DNA of 64,000 nt from Alphaproteobacteria bacterium (GTDB lineage: Bacteria; Pseudomonadota; Alphaproteobacteria; UBA2966): assembly GCA_964291395.2 (NCBI GenBank), contig OZ219856.1, positions 2,048,001 to 2,112,000 on the forward strand, given 5' to 3'. The position numbers and the translations under genes were made by a program. The notes under the pieces are model-generated. The model saw only the letters and a list, made by a program, of their open reading frames with translations, was not told the origin of the DNA and did not search any database. Shown here piece after piece: positions 9,256-18,691 of the stretch. Numbering within the stretch: the stretch's first letter is position 1; each line of letters starts with the position of its first letter.

Positions 9256-9894
9256 CTACGGCGCCTTCGGTAATGTCACGCCGATCATGCAGTCCCGGGT
9301 GACCAGCTCGACCAGTTCTTTCTCGCTCATATCTTCCGTTCCATCGGGCCGCCGCGGCAAAACCAGATAACGCATGTCGGCCGTCGAATCGTGAACGCGG
9401 ATCTCCGTATCGTCGGGGAGCTCGGTACCGAATTCCCCGAGGACCGCCCGGGGTTCGTGCACGACGCGGCTGCGATAGGCGTGCGCCTTGTACCAGTCCG
9501 GCGGCAACCCGAGCAGCATCCGCGGATAGCACGAGCATAGAGTACAGACGATCACGTTGTGGACCGTGTCCGTGTTTTCGACGACGATCAGATGCGTATC
9601 GGGCATTTCGATGCCGAGTTCATCGACCGCCGCGTTTCCGTTCTCGAGAAGCCGTTTCTTGTATTCCCGATCCGTCCAGGCACGGGCCACGACCTTGGCG
9701 CCGCCTTCCGGTGACTTGCTGTCGATGAGTTCAATCGCGGCCCGCAGCTCATCGGCCGTAATGACGCCCTTCTCGATCAGCAATTCGCCGAGGGCCGCGC
9801 CCATGATCTGATAGTATCCCTTCGGCTCGGAATCGATATCCGGCTGCGGCGGGTGCCGGTGGTCGTGCCCGTGATCGTGCGTGTGTTGGCTCAT
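9256..9894 (-). CDS. Cobalt-type nitrile hydratase alpha / thiocyanate hydrolase gamma (ScnC-like) subunit
   Basis: Metal-binding VCTLCSCY (Thr/Tyr indicate Co type), GAKVVARAW, VHDSTADMRYLVLP and LVTRDCMIG; His-rich N-terminus. Confidence 0.92.
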   Translation of the reverse strand: MSQHTHDHGHDHRHPPQPDIDSEPKGYYQIMGAALGELLIEKGVITADELRAAIELIDSKSPEGGAKVVARAWTDREYKKRLLENGNAAVDELGIEMPDTHLIVVENTDTVHNVIVCTLCSCYPRMLLGLPPDWYKAHAYRSRVVHEPRAVLGEFGTELPDDTEIRVHDSTADMRYLVLPRRPDGTEDMSEKELVELVTRDCMIGVTLPKAP

Positions 9895-9909
9895 GGCGTT
9901 CTCTCGACG

Positions 9910-10194
9910 TTATGCGACCGGTTCCAGCCAGTGATCATAAATCTCGATATCCACGGTGTCCTTGGGGTTCTCGGCGTAACCGTCCCACACCTCGTTCTGC
10001 ACAAACCTCACCCGGTACAGGGTCTGCTTGGGCGTGCCGTCGCGGCCGTAAGCCAGTTCCTCCGGATTCCCGAATTCACCGCAGACCCGCTCGATCACTC
10101 CGGACTTGCCGCGAATGTACCAAGGCGTGCGGATGTGTCCGGGCGGATACGCCTTCCGCACGAGTACCTTGTCTCCCGGCGCGAACCTAGCCAC
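9910..10194 (-). CDS. Nitrile hydratase beta C-terminal SH3-like domain as a separate subunit (ScnA-like)
   Basis: GTG at 10194 reads MARFAPGDKVLV...GHIRTPWYIRGKSG...LYRVRF...VW...IEIYDHWLEP, matching the NHase-beta C-terminal half. Confidence 0.85.
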   Translation of the reverse strand: MARFAPGDKVLVRKAYPPGHIRTPWYIRGKSGVIERVCGEFGNPEELAYGRDGTPKQTLYRVRFVQNEVWDGYAENPKDTVDIEIYDHWLEPVA

Positions 10195-10510
10195 CTTCGA
10201 ACCTCGCCTTGTCGCGCTCTTCGACTTCAGCCATCTTGCGACCGAGCTCATCGGTCGTGATGACGCCTTTCTCCAACATGACACCGGTGACCGAGGCCGT
10301 CCAACGTTCGTAGTAGCTGAGCTTGTCGTACACGTCCTTGCCCAGAGATTCGATCCCTCTGCGCATCTCGTCGACCGTGATCAGCCGACGCTTCTTGTCG
10401 GCGAGCAGCAACCGGATTCCGTCGATGCGCTTCTCCCAATAGCCGTGCTCGTGCTCCGCCTGATCGACGGGTCCGGCGGGCAGTCCACCCAGATCGTGTA
10501 TTCCGCGCAT
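10187..10510 (-). CDS. Nitrile hydratase beta N-terminal domain as a separate subunit (ScnB-like)
   Basis: MRGIHDLGG, WEKR, DEMRRGIE, YYERW and LEKGVITTDEL match the NHase-beta N-terminal half. 8-nt overlap with the next gene. Confidence 0.87.
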   Translation of the reverse strand: MRGIHDLGGLPAGPVDQAEHEHGYWEKRIDGIRLLLADKKRRLITVDEMRRGIESLGKDVYDKLSYYERWTASVTGVMLEKGVITTDELGRKMAEVEERDKARFEGG

Positions 10511-10512
10511 CG

Positions 10513-11697
10513 CTATATCTCCAGAATCGGCCCGGACGCGCCGGTAGGCGACCGCATGACCGCGACGATGGCTCGAATGTGTTCGATCGACGGCGTACGA
10601 GGACTGTAGGGCACGTTGCCGCTCTTCATCGCCGCCTCGACGATGGTCTCCCGCTCTTCGTCGGTGGTGACGATCTCGTCGAGCCCGATATCGAGATCGA
10701 GTTCGGCCCGAATTCGCGCCACGCCATCAGCGGGAGTCGCGCTGCCGAGAATGCCCGCAAGCACCTGACCTTTCTCGCCAAGTTCCGGTTCATTGTAGGC
10801 GATCACCGCCGGCAGGGCGAGCGCGTTGGCCTTGCCGTGGACCACGTGATGTATGTTGCCAAGCGGCGCCGCGATGGCGTGGGCCAGCCCGAGCTGGGTC
10901 GAATTGAATGCGACGCCGGCAAGCATCGAGCCGATATGGCAGTGTCCGCGGGCGGTCAGATTGCCGCCTTCCCGATAGGCCACGGGCAGCCATTTGACCA
11001 GACGCCGAATCGCGTCCCGGGCGTAGGGATCCGACATGATGTTGGCGCCGCGGGAGATATAGGCCTCGATCGCATGAGTCAGGGCATCAAAGCCCGTGTT
11101 GGCCGTGACCGCGGGAGGCGCGGTCAGCAGCAGCTCGGGATCCAGCACCGCGAACTGGGCTGTCATGTTCTGCGATCGGTAGCGGAGCTTGATGTCCGAC
11201 CCGACGAGACCGATCACGGCCATCTCCGAGACTTCGGAGGCGGTTCCCGCGGTGGTCGGCACGCACACCATGACCGAGCGGTGCGGTTCGTAATATCGAT
11301 CGAAGTCCGCCATTTCCTCGACGGTGCCCGGGTTAGACAGCAGGATGCGCGCGACCTTGGCGGTATCCATGGTTGATCCCCCGCCCACCGCAACGACCAT
11401 GTCGGGATGCGCGGCTTCCAGAACCTGCCGACAGGCCTCGACCGTCTCGGTGTCGGGCTCCTGAATGGGTACGCCGTGGACCTCGACGCCGATCACATTG
11501 CCGAGCACTTCGCGGACCCTTGCCTCCAGCTCTCCGCCGATAAAAACACCATCCATGACCACGACGGCGCGTTCGACGCTCCTCGCCTCGGCGATGGCGG
11601 CGAGCTCGGAAAACCGGCCCGGCCCGAACAGAATCTGTCGGGCGGAATGACGAAAAAAGAAAGGTTCGGGAGCGCCGTCGAGATCGTTATCAGCCAT
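10513..11697 (-). CDS. Iron-containing alcohol dehydrogenase family protein
   Basis: GGGSTMDTAK, VPTTAGTASE, DALTHAIEAY, GLAHAI and HG motifs. Stop is 2 nt from the ScnB-like start. Confidence 0.9.
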   Translation of the reverse strand: MADNDLDGAPEPFFFRHSARQILFGPGRFSELAAIAEARSVERAVVVMDGVFIGGELEARVREVLGNVIGVEVHGVPIQEPDTETVEACRQVLEAAHPDMVVAVGGGSTMDTAKVARILLSNPGTVEEMADFDRYYEPHRSVMVCVPTTAGTASEVSEMAVIGLVGSDIKLRYRSQNMTAQFAVLDPELLLTAPPAVTANTGFDALTHAIEAYISRGANIMSDPYARDAIRRLVKWLPVAYREGGNLTARGHCHIGSMLAGVAFNSTQLGLAHAIAAPLGNIHHVVHGKANALALPAVIAYNEPELGEKGQVLAGILGSATPADGVARIRAELDLDIGLDEIVTTDEERETIVEAAMKSGNVPYSPRTPSIEHIRAIVAVMRSPTGASGPILEI

Positions 11698-11915
11698 CGA
11701 GTGTTTCCCTGTTTCTCCTGGTATCGGCTCACATGCGCCGTCGCGGTCCATCCCGGCTCGCAAAGTGGCGCCCGTTCCTGCCGTGACGATCCCGCACGTG
11801 TTTGCCGACGTAAGCGCCGAGACCTGTCCGCAGCGCTTGCAGGCCCTTCTCGACCCGTTGCTTTGCCGGGAGCGCCGAGTCCGGATGGTTCGTCTTGCTC
11901 ATGGCGTGCCCCCCT

Positions 11916-12071
11916 ATCGATCAACTTGATGCGCTCGCCAAAGCCCCGGAAATCGTCGGTATTGAAGGTCAACAACCACTGCTCGCCATGCGCCGGCATG
12001 GTCGCCGCGACGTTGGCATGGTGAACCTGCCGGCCCGCGACGGGAAGCTCACGGCACAGCCTCGCCGACAT
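11916..12071 (-). pseudogene. C-terminal fragment of a PIN-domain (VapC-like) toxin
   Basis: RELPVAGRQVHHANVAATMPAHGEQWLLTFNTDDFRGF matches the PIN C-terminal pattern GxxxHDAxIxATMxxHGxxxLLTxNxxDF. The N-terminal DTN motif is absent and HDA has become HHA. Confidence 0.65.
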
Positions 12072-12295
12072 CGCGGTAGAGCGGGACGCACCTGCCGCGC
12101 GCGGCGGGGTCCTGGACGAGCCGATCCTGGGTCACGGCCATATCCCTGCCCCCCCCTGCGCAAGATAGTTCTGACCGACTTGAACATGATCCTGGAGCAA
12201 GCGCGTGTCAAACGCCGCCCGGCATCTCCAGCGGCAGGACGCCTTCGCGCCGGCCAGGAAAACACGCCTTCCCGCGGCGCACCGAGACTTTTGGC

Positions 12296-12934
12296 TTAGT
12301 CGCCGGTTTGGAGGTTCTTCACGAACTCTGCGAGACCGGTTTGCCGTGCACGTTTCATGCGTTCCGCGGCCAAAATGGTGCAGACGGCTTGCAGAGTCCG
12401 GTCGACATCCTCGTTGATAAGAACGTAGTCGTATTCGGGCCAGTGACTCATCTCGCCCGAGGCTTTTTGCATGCGGCGAAGCACGACGTCCTCCGGATCT
12501 TGGGCGCGCGCCAGCAACCGACTCTCCAATTCCCCCAGGGACGGCGGAAGGATGAACACGCTGGCAACATCTTCGCGGGCGGCTTCCTTGAGTTGCTGCG
12601 CCCCCTGCCAGTCGATATCGAAGAGAACATCCCGGCCCCGGGCCAACGCCTCCCGCACGGGCGGCGCCGGCGTTCCATAGCGATGGCCGAAGACGGTGGC
12701 GTGCTCAAGAAACTGCCCGTCAAACACCATCTGATCAAACCGCCCGTCATCGACAAAATAGTAGTCCGTACCTTCCGTTTCACCCGGCCGGGGATGCCGT
12801 GTCGTCGCCGATACCGACATGACGATGGCGTTGTCGGTTTCGATGAGCATACGCGCCAGTGTCGTCTTACCCGCCCCCGATGGTGAAGACAGGATGAACA
12901 TCAGTCCTCGACGTTGGACAGTGGTATCAGCCAT
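12296..12934 (-). CDS. gmk: Guanylate kinase
   Basis: SSPSGAGKTT P-loop, SVSATTRxPRPGE, FDIDWQGAQQL and FILPPS. Confidence 0.96.
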   Translation of the reverse strand: MADTTVQRRGLMFILSSPSGAGKTTLARMLIETDNAIVMSVSATTRHPRPGETEGTDYYFVDDGRFDQMVFDGQFLEHATVFGHRYGTPAPPVREALARGRDVLFDIDWQGAQQLKEAAREDVASVFILPPSLGELESRLLARAQDPEDVVLRRMQKASGEMSHWPEYDYVLINEDVDRTLQAVCTILAAERMKRARQTGLAEFVKNLQTGD

Positions 12935-12943
12935 TGCGCATGT

Positions 12944-13858
12944 CTACTCGATGTTTTGAACCTGTTCGCGGAACCGATCGATGACCGCCTTGAGATCAAG
13001 TCCCACGCGCGCCAGGGACACATCCGCCGCCTTGGCACACAAGGTGTTGGCCTCCCGATTAAGCTCCTGGGCCAGGAAATCCAGACGTCGCCCCACCGAG
13101 CCGCCCTCGCCCAGCAGTTCGTTGATCGCTTCCACGTGCGCCGCCAAGCGGTCCATCTCTTCTTTGACGTCGGACTTCACCAGCAGGGCGGCAAGTTCCT
13201 GTGCCAAGCGGTCCTCCGGCAAGCCTGGTCGCGCGTCCAGGATCTCGGACAGCTGCTCGTTGAGCCGGGCGGAAAGCGCCTTTGGCAAAGCGGCCACGCA
13301 CTCGGCAGCGTTCGCGGACAGTTCTTCGATCTCCGCGACGTGACGGCGCAGGACCTCCGTCAGCTTGCTGCCTTCCGCCAATCGTGATGCCTGCAGCTCA
13401 TCGAGAGCAGTCTCGAGGGTCTTGACCATCGCCGTGATGCGTAACGATTGTTCCTCGTCGGCCGCAACCTCCTCCACCGGTTCGATGACACCTCGGATGG
13501 AAAGCAGACCGTCGAGGCGAGGCGGCAGGACTCCCGGCGCGCCCTCGTATTCCCGAGCGACGTCAAGAAGCCGGTCCAGCAATCGCCGATTGACGGTAAC
13601 CGAAGAGCCGGCTTCGACCGGATTCACCTGCAAGGTCATGGTCAGGTTGCCGCGGCTGAATCTCTCCGACGCCGCCGCGCGCGCGACCGCCTCGAGCATG
13701 TCGAAGCCGACGGGAGTCCGGCATCGGATATCGAGCCCTCGACCATTGACACACTTGAGTTCCCAAACCCACTCATACCGGGTGTCTTGTCCGCCCACCC
13801 GGGAGAACCCGGTCATGCTAGACAGATGCGCCGCCGCTTTCATTTTGCGGGCTGCCAT
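12944..13858 (-). CDS. yicC: YicC/YloC-family endoribonuclease
   Basis: SMTGF, ELKCVNGRGLD, GRRLDFLAQELNREANTLCAK and REQVQNIE; adjacent to gmk. Confidence 0.92.
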   Translation of the reverse strand: MAARKMKAAAHLSSMTGFSRVGGQDTRYEWVWELKCVNGRGLDIRCRTPVGFDMLEAVARAAASERFSRGNLTMTLQVNPVEAGSSVTVNRRLLDRLLDVAREYEGAPGVLPPRLDGLLSIRGVIEPVEEVAADEEQSLRITAMVKTLETALDELQASRLAEGSKLTEVLRRHVAEIEELSANAAECVAALPKALSARLNEQLSEILDARPGLPEDRLAQELAALLVKSDVKEEMDRLAAHVEAINELLGEGGSVGRRLDFLAQELNREANTLCAKAADVSLARVGLDLKAVIDRFREQVQNIE

Positions 13859-13980
13859 TCACCTCCATCCCTCTACCCGGCCGCACGGGCACGGGGGCTT
13901 GCCCGAGGGCGTGCCCCTCGAACGGTGCCGAAGCATACCAAACCGGGGGCGGCGCGCATGCGAACCGGCGCGCCCGGCCC

Positions 13981-14979
13981 TCACTTGCGGTTTTCCCGGA
14001 TGCGCCGCCAACGCGACACGTTCTCGAGATGCTCCTCAAGGGTCCGTGCGAAGGCGTGACCGCCACTGCCGTCCGCAACGAAATACAGTTCGTCGGTTTC
14101 CGCGGGGTTCATGGCTGCTTCCAAGGAATCCCGGCCCGGATTGCAGATCGGTCCCGGCGGCAGTCCGCCGATAGCGTATGTGTTGTACGGATGATGAATG
14201 CGGAGGTCGCGGCGGGTCAGTTTCCGTCCCAAGGGCTCTTTGCCTCCGGTCACGGCGAACGCGACGGTCGGGTCCGATTGCAGGCGCATGCCGCGCCTTA
14301 GCCGATTGACAAACACGCCCGAAATTCGAGCACGCTCGCCCGCCATCGCCGTTTCCTTTTCGACAATGGACGCGAGGATCAAGGCTTCACGAGGACCCTT
14401 GAGCGGCAGATCCCTGGAACGGGTTCTCCAGAGCGCATTCAGCGTATCGGTCATGGCGGTCCGCATTCGAGCCAACACGTCCGCGCGCCGGTCCCCGAAG
14501 CTGAAGTGATACGTATCGGGCAGTAGCTGGCCTTCCTCCACACCCTGCACGTCGACGGTGCCCACGAGGCCTTCCGCCTTCGACAGGATTTCCAATACTT
14601 GAGCCTGGGTCAGACCCTCCGGAACGGTGAGTCGACGAACGACGGTTTCACCACCAATGAGAAGGTCCATCGCCTCCATCGGAGAGATTCCCGGTGGGAA
14701 CCTGAATTCGCCCGCCTTGAGCTGGCGTGACTTCCGGAGCACTCGCACGGCCACCTGGAATATGTCGGAGCGTTCGATCACCCCGCTTTCATGAAGAAGT
14801 CGCGCGATCTCGCGAAGATCCGATCCCCGCGGGAACACGACGTCCGTCGCCTCCGTCAGAGGTCCCGGACTCCGAAAGACGGACAACCCCCAGACGGCCA
14901 CCCCACCGACCGAGACGACGGCGAACGCCAACAGCAGTATCAGAACACGGTACGCCCGACGTGCCCGCGAACGCTCCAC
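13981..14979 (-). CDS. mltG: Endolytic transglycosylase MltG
   Basis: N-terminal TM helix, [33 protein letters not shown] and [11 protein letters not shown]. Confidence 0.95.
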   Translation of the reverse strand: MERSRARRAYRVLILLLAFAVVSVGGVAVWGLSVFRSPGPLTEATDVVFPRGSDLREIARLLHESGVIERSDIFQVAVRVLRKSRQLKAGEFRFPPGISPMEAMDLLIGGETVVRRLTVPEGLTQAQVLEILSKAEGLVGTVDVQGVEEGQLLPDTYHFSFGDRRADVLARMRTAMTDTLNALWRTRSRDLPLKGPREALILASIVEKETAMAGERARISGVFVNRLRRGMRLQSDPTVAFAVTGGKEPLGRKLTRRDLRIHHPYNTYAIGGLPPGPICNPGRDSLEAAMNPAETDELYFVADGSGGHAFARTLEEHLENVSRWRRIRENRK

Positions 14980-14997
14980 GCCGGCTCCCGATGTTTC

Positions 14998-16257
14998 CTA
15001 AGGCGCCTGAGTAAAGATGAGCGTAGCGTTTGTTCCGCCGAATCCGAAGGAGTTCGACAATACCGCATTCACTGGACGTTCCTTGGCCTGGTGAGGAACC
15101 AAATCCAGATCACACCCTTCCGAGGGATCGTCCAGGTTCAGCGTCGGCGGCACCACACCGTCCTTCATCGCCAGGATACCGAAAATGGCTTCGACAGCGC
15201 CAGCGGCTCCCAGAAGATGTCCGACCGATGACTTGGTGGAGGACATCGAAAGCTCGTAAGCATCGGCGCCGAACACCCGCTTGACGGCCGCCAGCTCAAT
15301 CTCATCCCCGAGCGGTGTCGACGTGCCGTGCGCGTTGATATAGTCGATATCGCCGGAATTCATCTCCGCCCGTTCCAGCGCCATTTTCATAGCCCGGAAC
15401 CCGCCGTCTCCGTCTTCGGCCGGCGCGGTAATATGGTGAGCGTCTCCGGACAGGCCATAGCCTTTTACCTCCCCGTAGATCTTCGCCCGCCGGGCCTGCG
15501 CATGCTCCAGTTCCTCCAGGATCACGACGCCCGCGCCTTCTCCCATCACGAATCCGTCCCGTGCCTGGTCCCATGGTCGCGAGGCCCTGGTCGGCTCGTC
15601 GTTGAAAGTGGTCGACAGGGCTTTAGATGCCGCAAACCCGGCAACCCCCAGACGGCAAATCGCAGCCTCGGCACCGCCCGCCACCATCACGTCCGCGTCC
15701 CCCAATTCGATAATCCTCGCTGCATCACCGATGGCGTGAGCCCCTGTCGCGCATGCCGTGACAACCGCGTGGTTCGGCCCCTTGAAACCGAACTTGATCG
15801 AAACGTGACCGGACAGCAGGTTGATCAGGGCCGATGGAATGAAGAACGGGCTGACGCGACGTGGCCCCCGTTCGTGGATGGTGATCGCCGAGTTCTGTAT
15901 GCTTTCCAGTCCACCTATCCCCGATCCCAGCAGCACGCCCGTTCGTTCAAGCGACTCCTCGTCCGTCGGAGTCCAGCCGGAGTCTTCAACCGCCTGCTGC
16001 GCCGCCGCTATGCCATATATGATGAACTGGTCCACCTTACGCTGATCTTTCGGTGGAACGTAGTCGTCGGCGTTAAACAAGCCCGAGCCTTCCCCGCGGG
16101 GAATCTCGCAAGCGATACGGCATGCTAAATCCGACGCATCAAACTTTTGAATGGAGCCTGCCCCCGACTCTCCGGCGATCAGGCGGCTCCAAGTCTCTTC
16201 CACTCCCGATGCGAGAGGTGTGACAAGACCGACCCCGGTGACGACAACTCGTCTCAT
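14998..16257 (-). CDS. fabF: Beta-ketoacyl-ACP synthase II
   Basis: TACATG, YINAHGTST, STKSSVGHLLGAAG and SNSFGFGG; follows acpP. Confidence 0.97.
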   Translation of the reverse strand: MRRVVVTGVGLVTPLASGVEETWSRLIAGESGAGSIQKFDASDLACRIACEIPRGEGSGLFNADDYVPPKDQRKVDQFIIYGIAAAQQAVEDSGWTPTDEESLERTGVLLGSGIGGLESIQNSAITIHERGPRRVSPFFIPSALINLLSGHVSIKFGFKGPNHAVVTACATGAHAIGDAARIIELGDADVMVAGGAEAAICRLGVAGFAASKALSTTFNDEPTRASRPWDQARDGFVMGEGAGVVILEELEHAQARRAKIYGEVKGYGLSGDAHHITAPAEDGDGGFRAMKMALERAEMNSGDIDYINAHGTSTPLGDEIELAAVKRVFGADAYELSMSSTKSSVGHLLGAAGAVEAIFGILAMKDGVVPPTLNLDDPSEGCDLDLVPHQAKERPVNAVLSNSFGFGGTNATLIFTQAP

Positions 16258-16278
16258 CTCAGAAATACAGGTTCAGGC

Positions 16279-16305
16279 GCGCCGACCCCATGATCGGGGC
16301 GGCGC
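16279..16305 (-). terminator. GC-rich hairpin between acpP and fabF (attenuator or mRNA stabiliser)
   Basis: GCGCCG-A-CCCC-atgatc-GGGG-CGGCGC stem with one bulge, about 10 nt after the acpP stop. No strong U-tract. Confidence 0.45.
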
Positions 16306-16314
16306 AAAGGGACG

Positions 16315-16551
16315 TTAAGATACTTGCTCTTCCAGGTAAGTAATCGCGTCCTTCACGGTCAAAATCTTTTCGGCCGCGTCGTCGGGAATCTCGCAACCAA
16401 ATTCCTCCTCGAACGCCATGACCAGTTCAACCGTGTCCAAACTATCAGCCCCGAGGTCATCAATGAAACTGGCGTTTTCGGTGACTTTTTCATCTTCAAC
16501 GCCGAGGTGCTCGATGACGATTTTCTTTACGCGTTCGGTGACATCGCTCAT
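16315..16551 (-). CDS. acpP: Acyl carrier protein
   Basis: [22 protein letters not shown] motif. Confidence 0.98.
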   Translation of the reverse strand: MSDVTERVKKIVIEHLGVEDEKVTENASFIDDLGADSLDTVELVMAFEEEFGCEIPDDAAEKILTVKDAITYLEEQVS

Positions 16552-16710
16552 GGATCAAATCCCCGGATGCAGACTATTGAGAACCATTTCTCGGACCCGA
16601 ACGGGCGCGAGTTCCCTCTCCGGCAGCGCCGCTCCAACGCCGCCGAAAGTCGGGGCTTGGTAACACACTTTGGAGGCCGTGACCAGCGGGCCAAGTGCGG
16701 CGAAACGCCG

Positions 16711-17448
16711 TCAAACCATCACCATGCCGCCGTCGACGTGCAACGTATGGCCGGTGACGTACGAAGCTTCCTCGCTAGCCAGAAACACGGCCGCGGACGC
16801 AACATCGGACGGCATGCCGAAACGTCCAGCCGGTACGGCGGCGGCGAGCCTGTCACGCTGATCACCTTCCAAGGACTCCGTCATCGCGGTCTCGATAAAC
16901 CCCGGAGCGATGCAGTTGACGGTGATAGACCTCGAGGCCACTTCTCGGGCCAGAGATTTGGTCAACCCCACGAGTCCCGCCTTCGAGGCCGCGTAGTTGG
17001 CTTGACCAGCGTTCCCCGATACACCGACAACGGACGTTACATTGATGATCCGTCCCCAACGGCGGCGCATCATGCCGCGCAGGACGGCACGGGAAACTCG
17101 GAATGCCGCGGTGAGATTGACATCGACAACCTGCTGCCAGTCTTCATCCCTCAAGCGCACCGCAATATTGTCTCGTGTGATGCCGGCGTTGTTGACGACA
17201 ATGTCGACCGAACCCATGAGCTCTTCCGCCTCTCTCACGAGGGCCTCGACGGCGGTCGGGTCGAACAGATCACATGGTATCGCGCAGGCCCGGCCGCCGA
17301 GCTCCCGCACCAATCCATCGAGTGCCTCCCGGCGGGTGCCGGATACAGAAACCGTTGCTCCCCGCTCGTGCAGCGCGCGAGCGATCGCCCCTCCAATCCC
17401 GCCTGAACCGCCGGTCACCAGTGCACACTTTCCATCGAGATCGAACAA
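16711..17448 (-). CDS. fabG: 3-oxoacyl-ACP reductase
   Basis: TGGSGGIG, NNAGITRD, GQANYAASKAG and APGFIET. Probable TTG start at 17448 after GGAG (alternative GTG 17457). Confidence 0.95.
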   Translation of the reverse strand: MFDLDGKCALVTGGSGGIGGAIARALHERGATVSVSGTRREALDGLVRELGGRACAIPCDLFDPTAVEALVREAEELMGSVDIVVNNAGITRDNIAVRLRDEDWQQVVDVNLTAAFRVSRAVLRGMMRRRWGRIINVTSVVGVSGNAGQANYAASKAGLVGLTKSLAREVASRSITVNCIAPGFIETAMTESLEGDQRDRLAAAVPAGRFGMPSDVASAAVFLASEEASYVTGHTLHVDGGMVMV

Positions 17449-17520
17449 TTGCCGCACTCCATCGAATGGATGATCCGCAGACGCCCCAAACCGGGCGATG
17501 CCGGGCGACGCCCCGCAGGA

Positions 17521-18489
17521 TCAGAAGGTCTTCAACACGTCCTCGATGTCCCTGGGGGAGCTAACCGACATCCCGGTCAGATCCCGGTCAATTCGTCGGA
17601 CCAGCCCCGTCAACACCTTTCCCGCACCGAGTTCGACCAACGTCTCGACCCCTTGATCCCTCAAGAACTCGACGCTTTCCCGCCAACGCACCATTTTCGT
17701 GATTTGCTCGATGAGCAGCCTCCGAAGGGTCTCGGGATCACTCTCGCCCCGTGCGCTCACATTGCTGACGACGGGAGTGAGCGGGGGGGCGATCGGGACC
17801 TCCGCCAACACCTCCGCCATCTCGTCGGCCGCCCGCTGCATCAGAGGGCAGTGAAATGGCGCGCTGACATCGAGCAAGATCGCCCGCCGCGCACCCCGTT
17901 CCGACGCGAGCGTCACGGCCCGCTCGACGGCCACCTTGTCTCCGCTGATGACGACCTGGCCCGGCGCATTGTCATTTGCCGCCGCGCACACCCCGTCATC
18001 GGCACCCGAAGCCTCATCCATCCCACTCTGGGCCGCCTTGGCGACGGCCACGACGTCGTCGAGATCGAGTCCGAGCAAGGCCGCCATCGCGCCGTCACCT
18101 ACCGGCACCGCCCGTTGCATTGCGGTTCCCCTCGCCCGAAGAACCCGGGCAGCTTGATCGAGTGCGATGGCGCCGGCCGCCGTGAGGGCCGAGTACTCAC
18201 CGAGCGAGTGACCCGCCACGAACCGACAGACATCCGGCAGCGTCACACCTCCTTCGGCCGCGAGGACACGGAACACCGCAATACTCATGGTCATCAAAGC
18301 GGGCTGAGCATTTTCCGTCAGAGTGAGTTCCTCCTCGGGTCCCTGGAACATGAGACGGGAGAGATTCATGCTCAGAGCCTCGTCCACTTCCTCGAACACG
18401 TATCGGGCAATGGAAAAGGCGTCTGCGAGGTCCCGGCCCATTCCTACCTCTTGCGAACCCTGTCCCGGAAAAACGAATGCGCGCGTCAT
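17521..18489 (-). CDS. fabD: Malonyl-CoA:ACP transacylase
   Basis: AFVFPGQGSQ, AGHSLGEYSAL and VSAPFHC. Confidence 0.97.
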   Translation of the reverse strand: MTRAFVFPGQGSQEVGMGRDLADAFSIARYVFEEVDEALSMNLSRLMFQGPEEELTLTENAQPALMTMSIAVFRVLAAEGGVTLPDVCRFVAGHSLGEYSALTAAGAIALDQAARVLRARGTAMQRAVPVGDGAMAALLGLDLDDVVAVAKAAQSGMDEASGADDGVCAAANDNAPGQVVISGDKVAVERAVTLASERGARRAILLDVSAPFHCPLMQRAADEMAEVLAEVPIAPPLTPVVSNVSARGESDPETLRRLLIEQITKMVRWRESVEFLRDQGVETLVELGAGKVLTGLVRRIDRDLTGMSVSSPRDIEDVLKTF

Positions 18490-18663
18490 TGAAGTCCTAT
18501 CCAGCATTGTACGGAACGGCGTAATGCCGTGGCGCTGGGTTATCATAGATGCCCGTTTCATACGAGCCGGACCGGCACGGACTCCACGGCAAACCGCAGC
18601 GGCACCGGTCGGGATGTCCTCCCGGCGGCACTGTACAGGATTGAAGCGAACGGCAATGTGCAC

Positions 18664-18691
18664 TTGCGCCGGGCGATGCAATCGGTATAGT
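18664..18691 (+). promoter_or_regulatory. Sigma70-type promoter of the rpsF operon
   Basis: TTGCGC-N16-TATAGT about 85 nt upstream of rpsF. Confidence 0.5.

Noticed and set aside
9910-10510. Single NHase beta gene broken by a frameshift
   Set aside because: Each half ends and starts at a domain boundary, the second has a GTG with upstream purines, the usual inter-domain linker is absent, and the layout matches known three-subunit enzymes. Not fully excluded without reads.
14825-14838. CCCCGCGGGAACAC resembling a type I-E repeat end
   Set aside because: Single short match inside the mltG coding sequence; coincidental.
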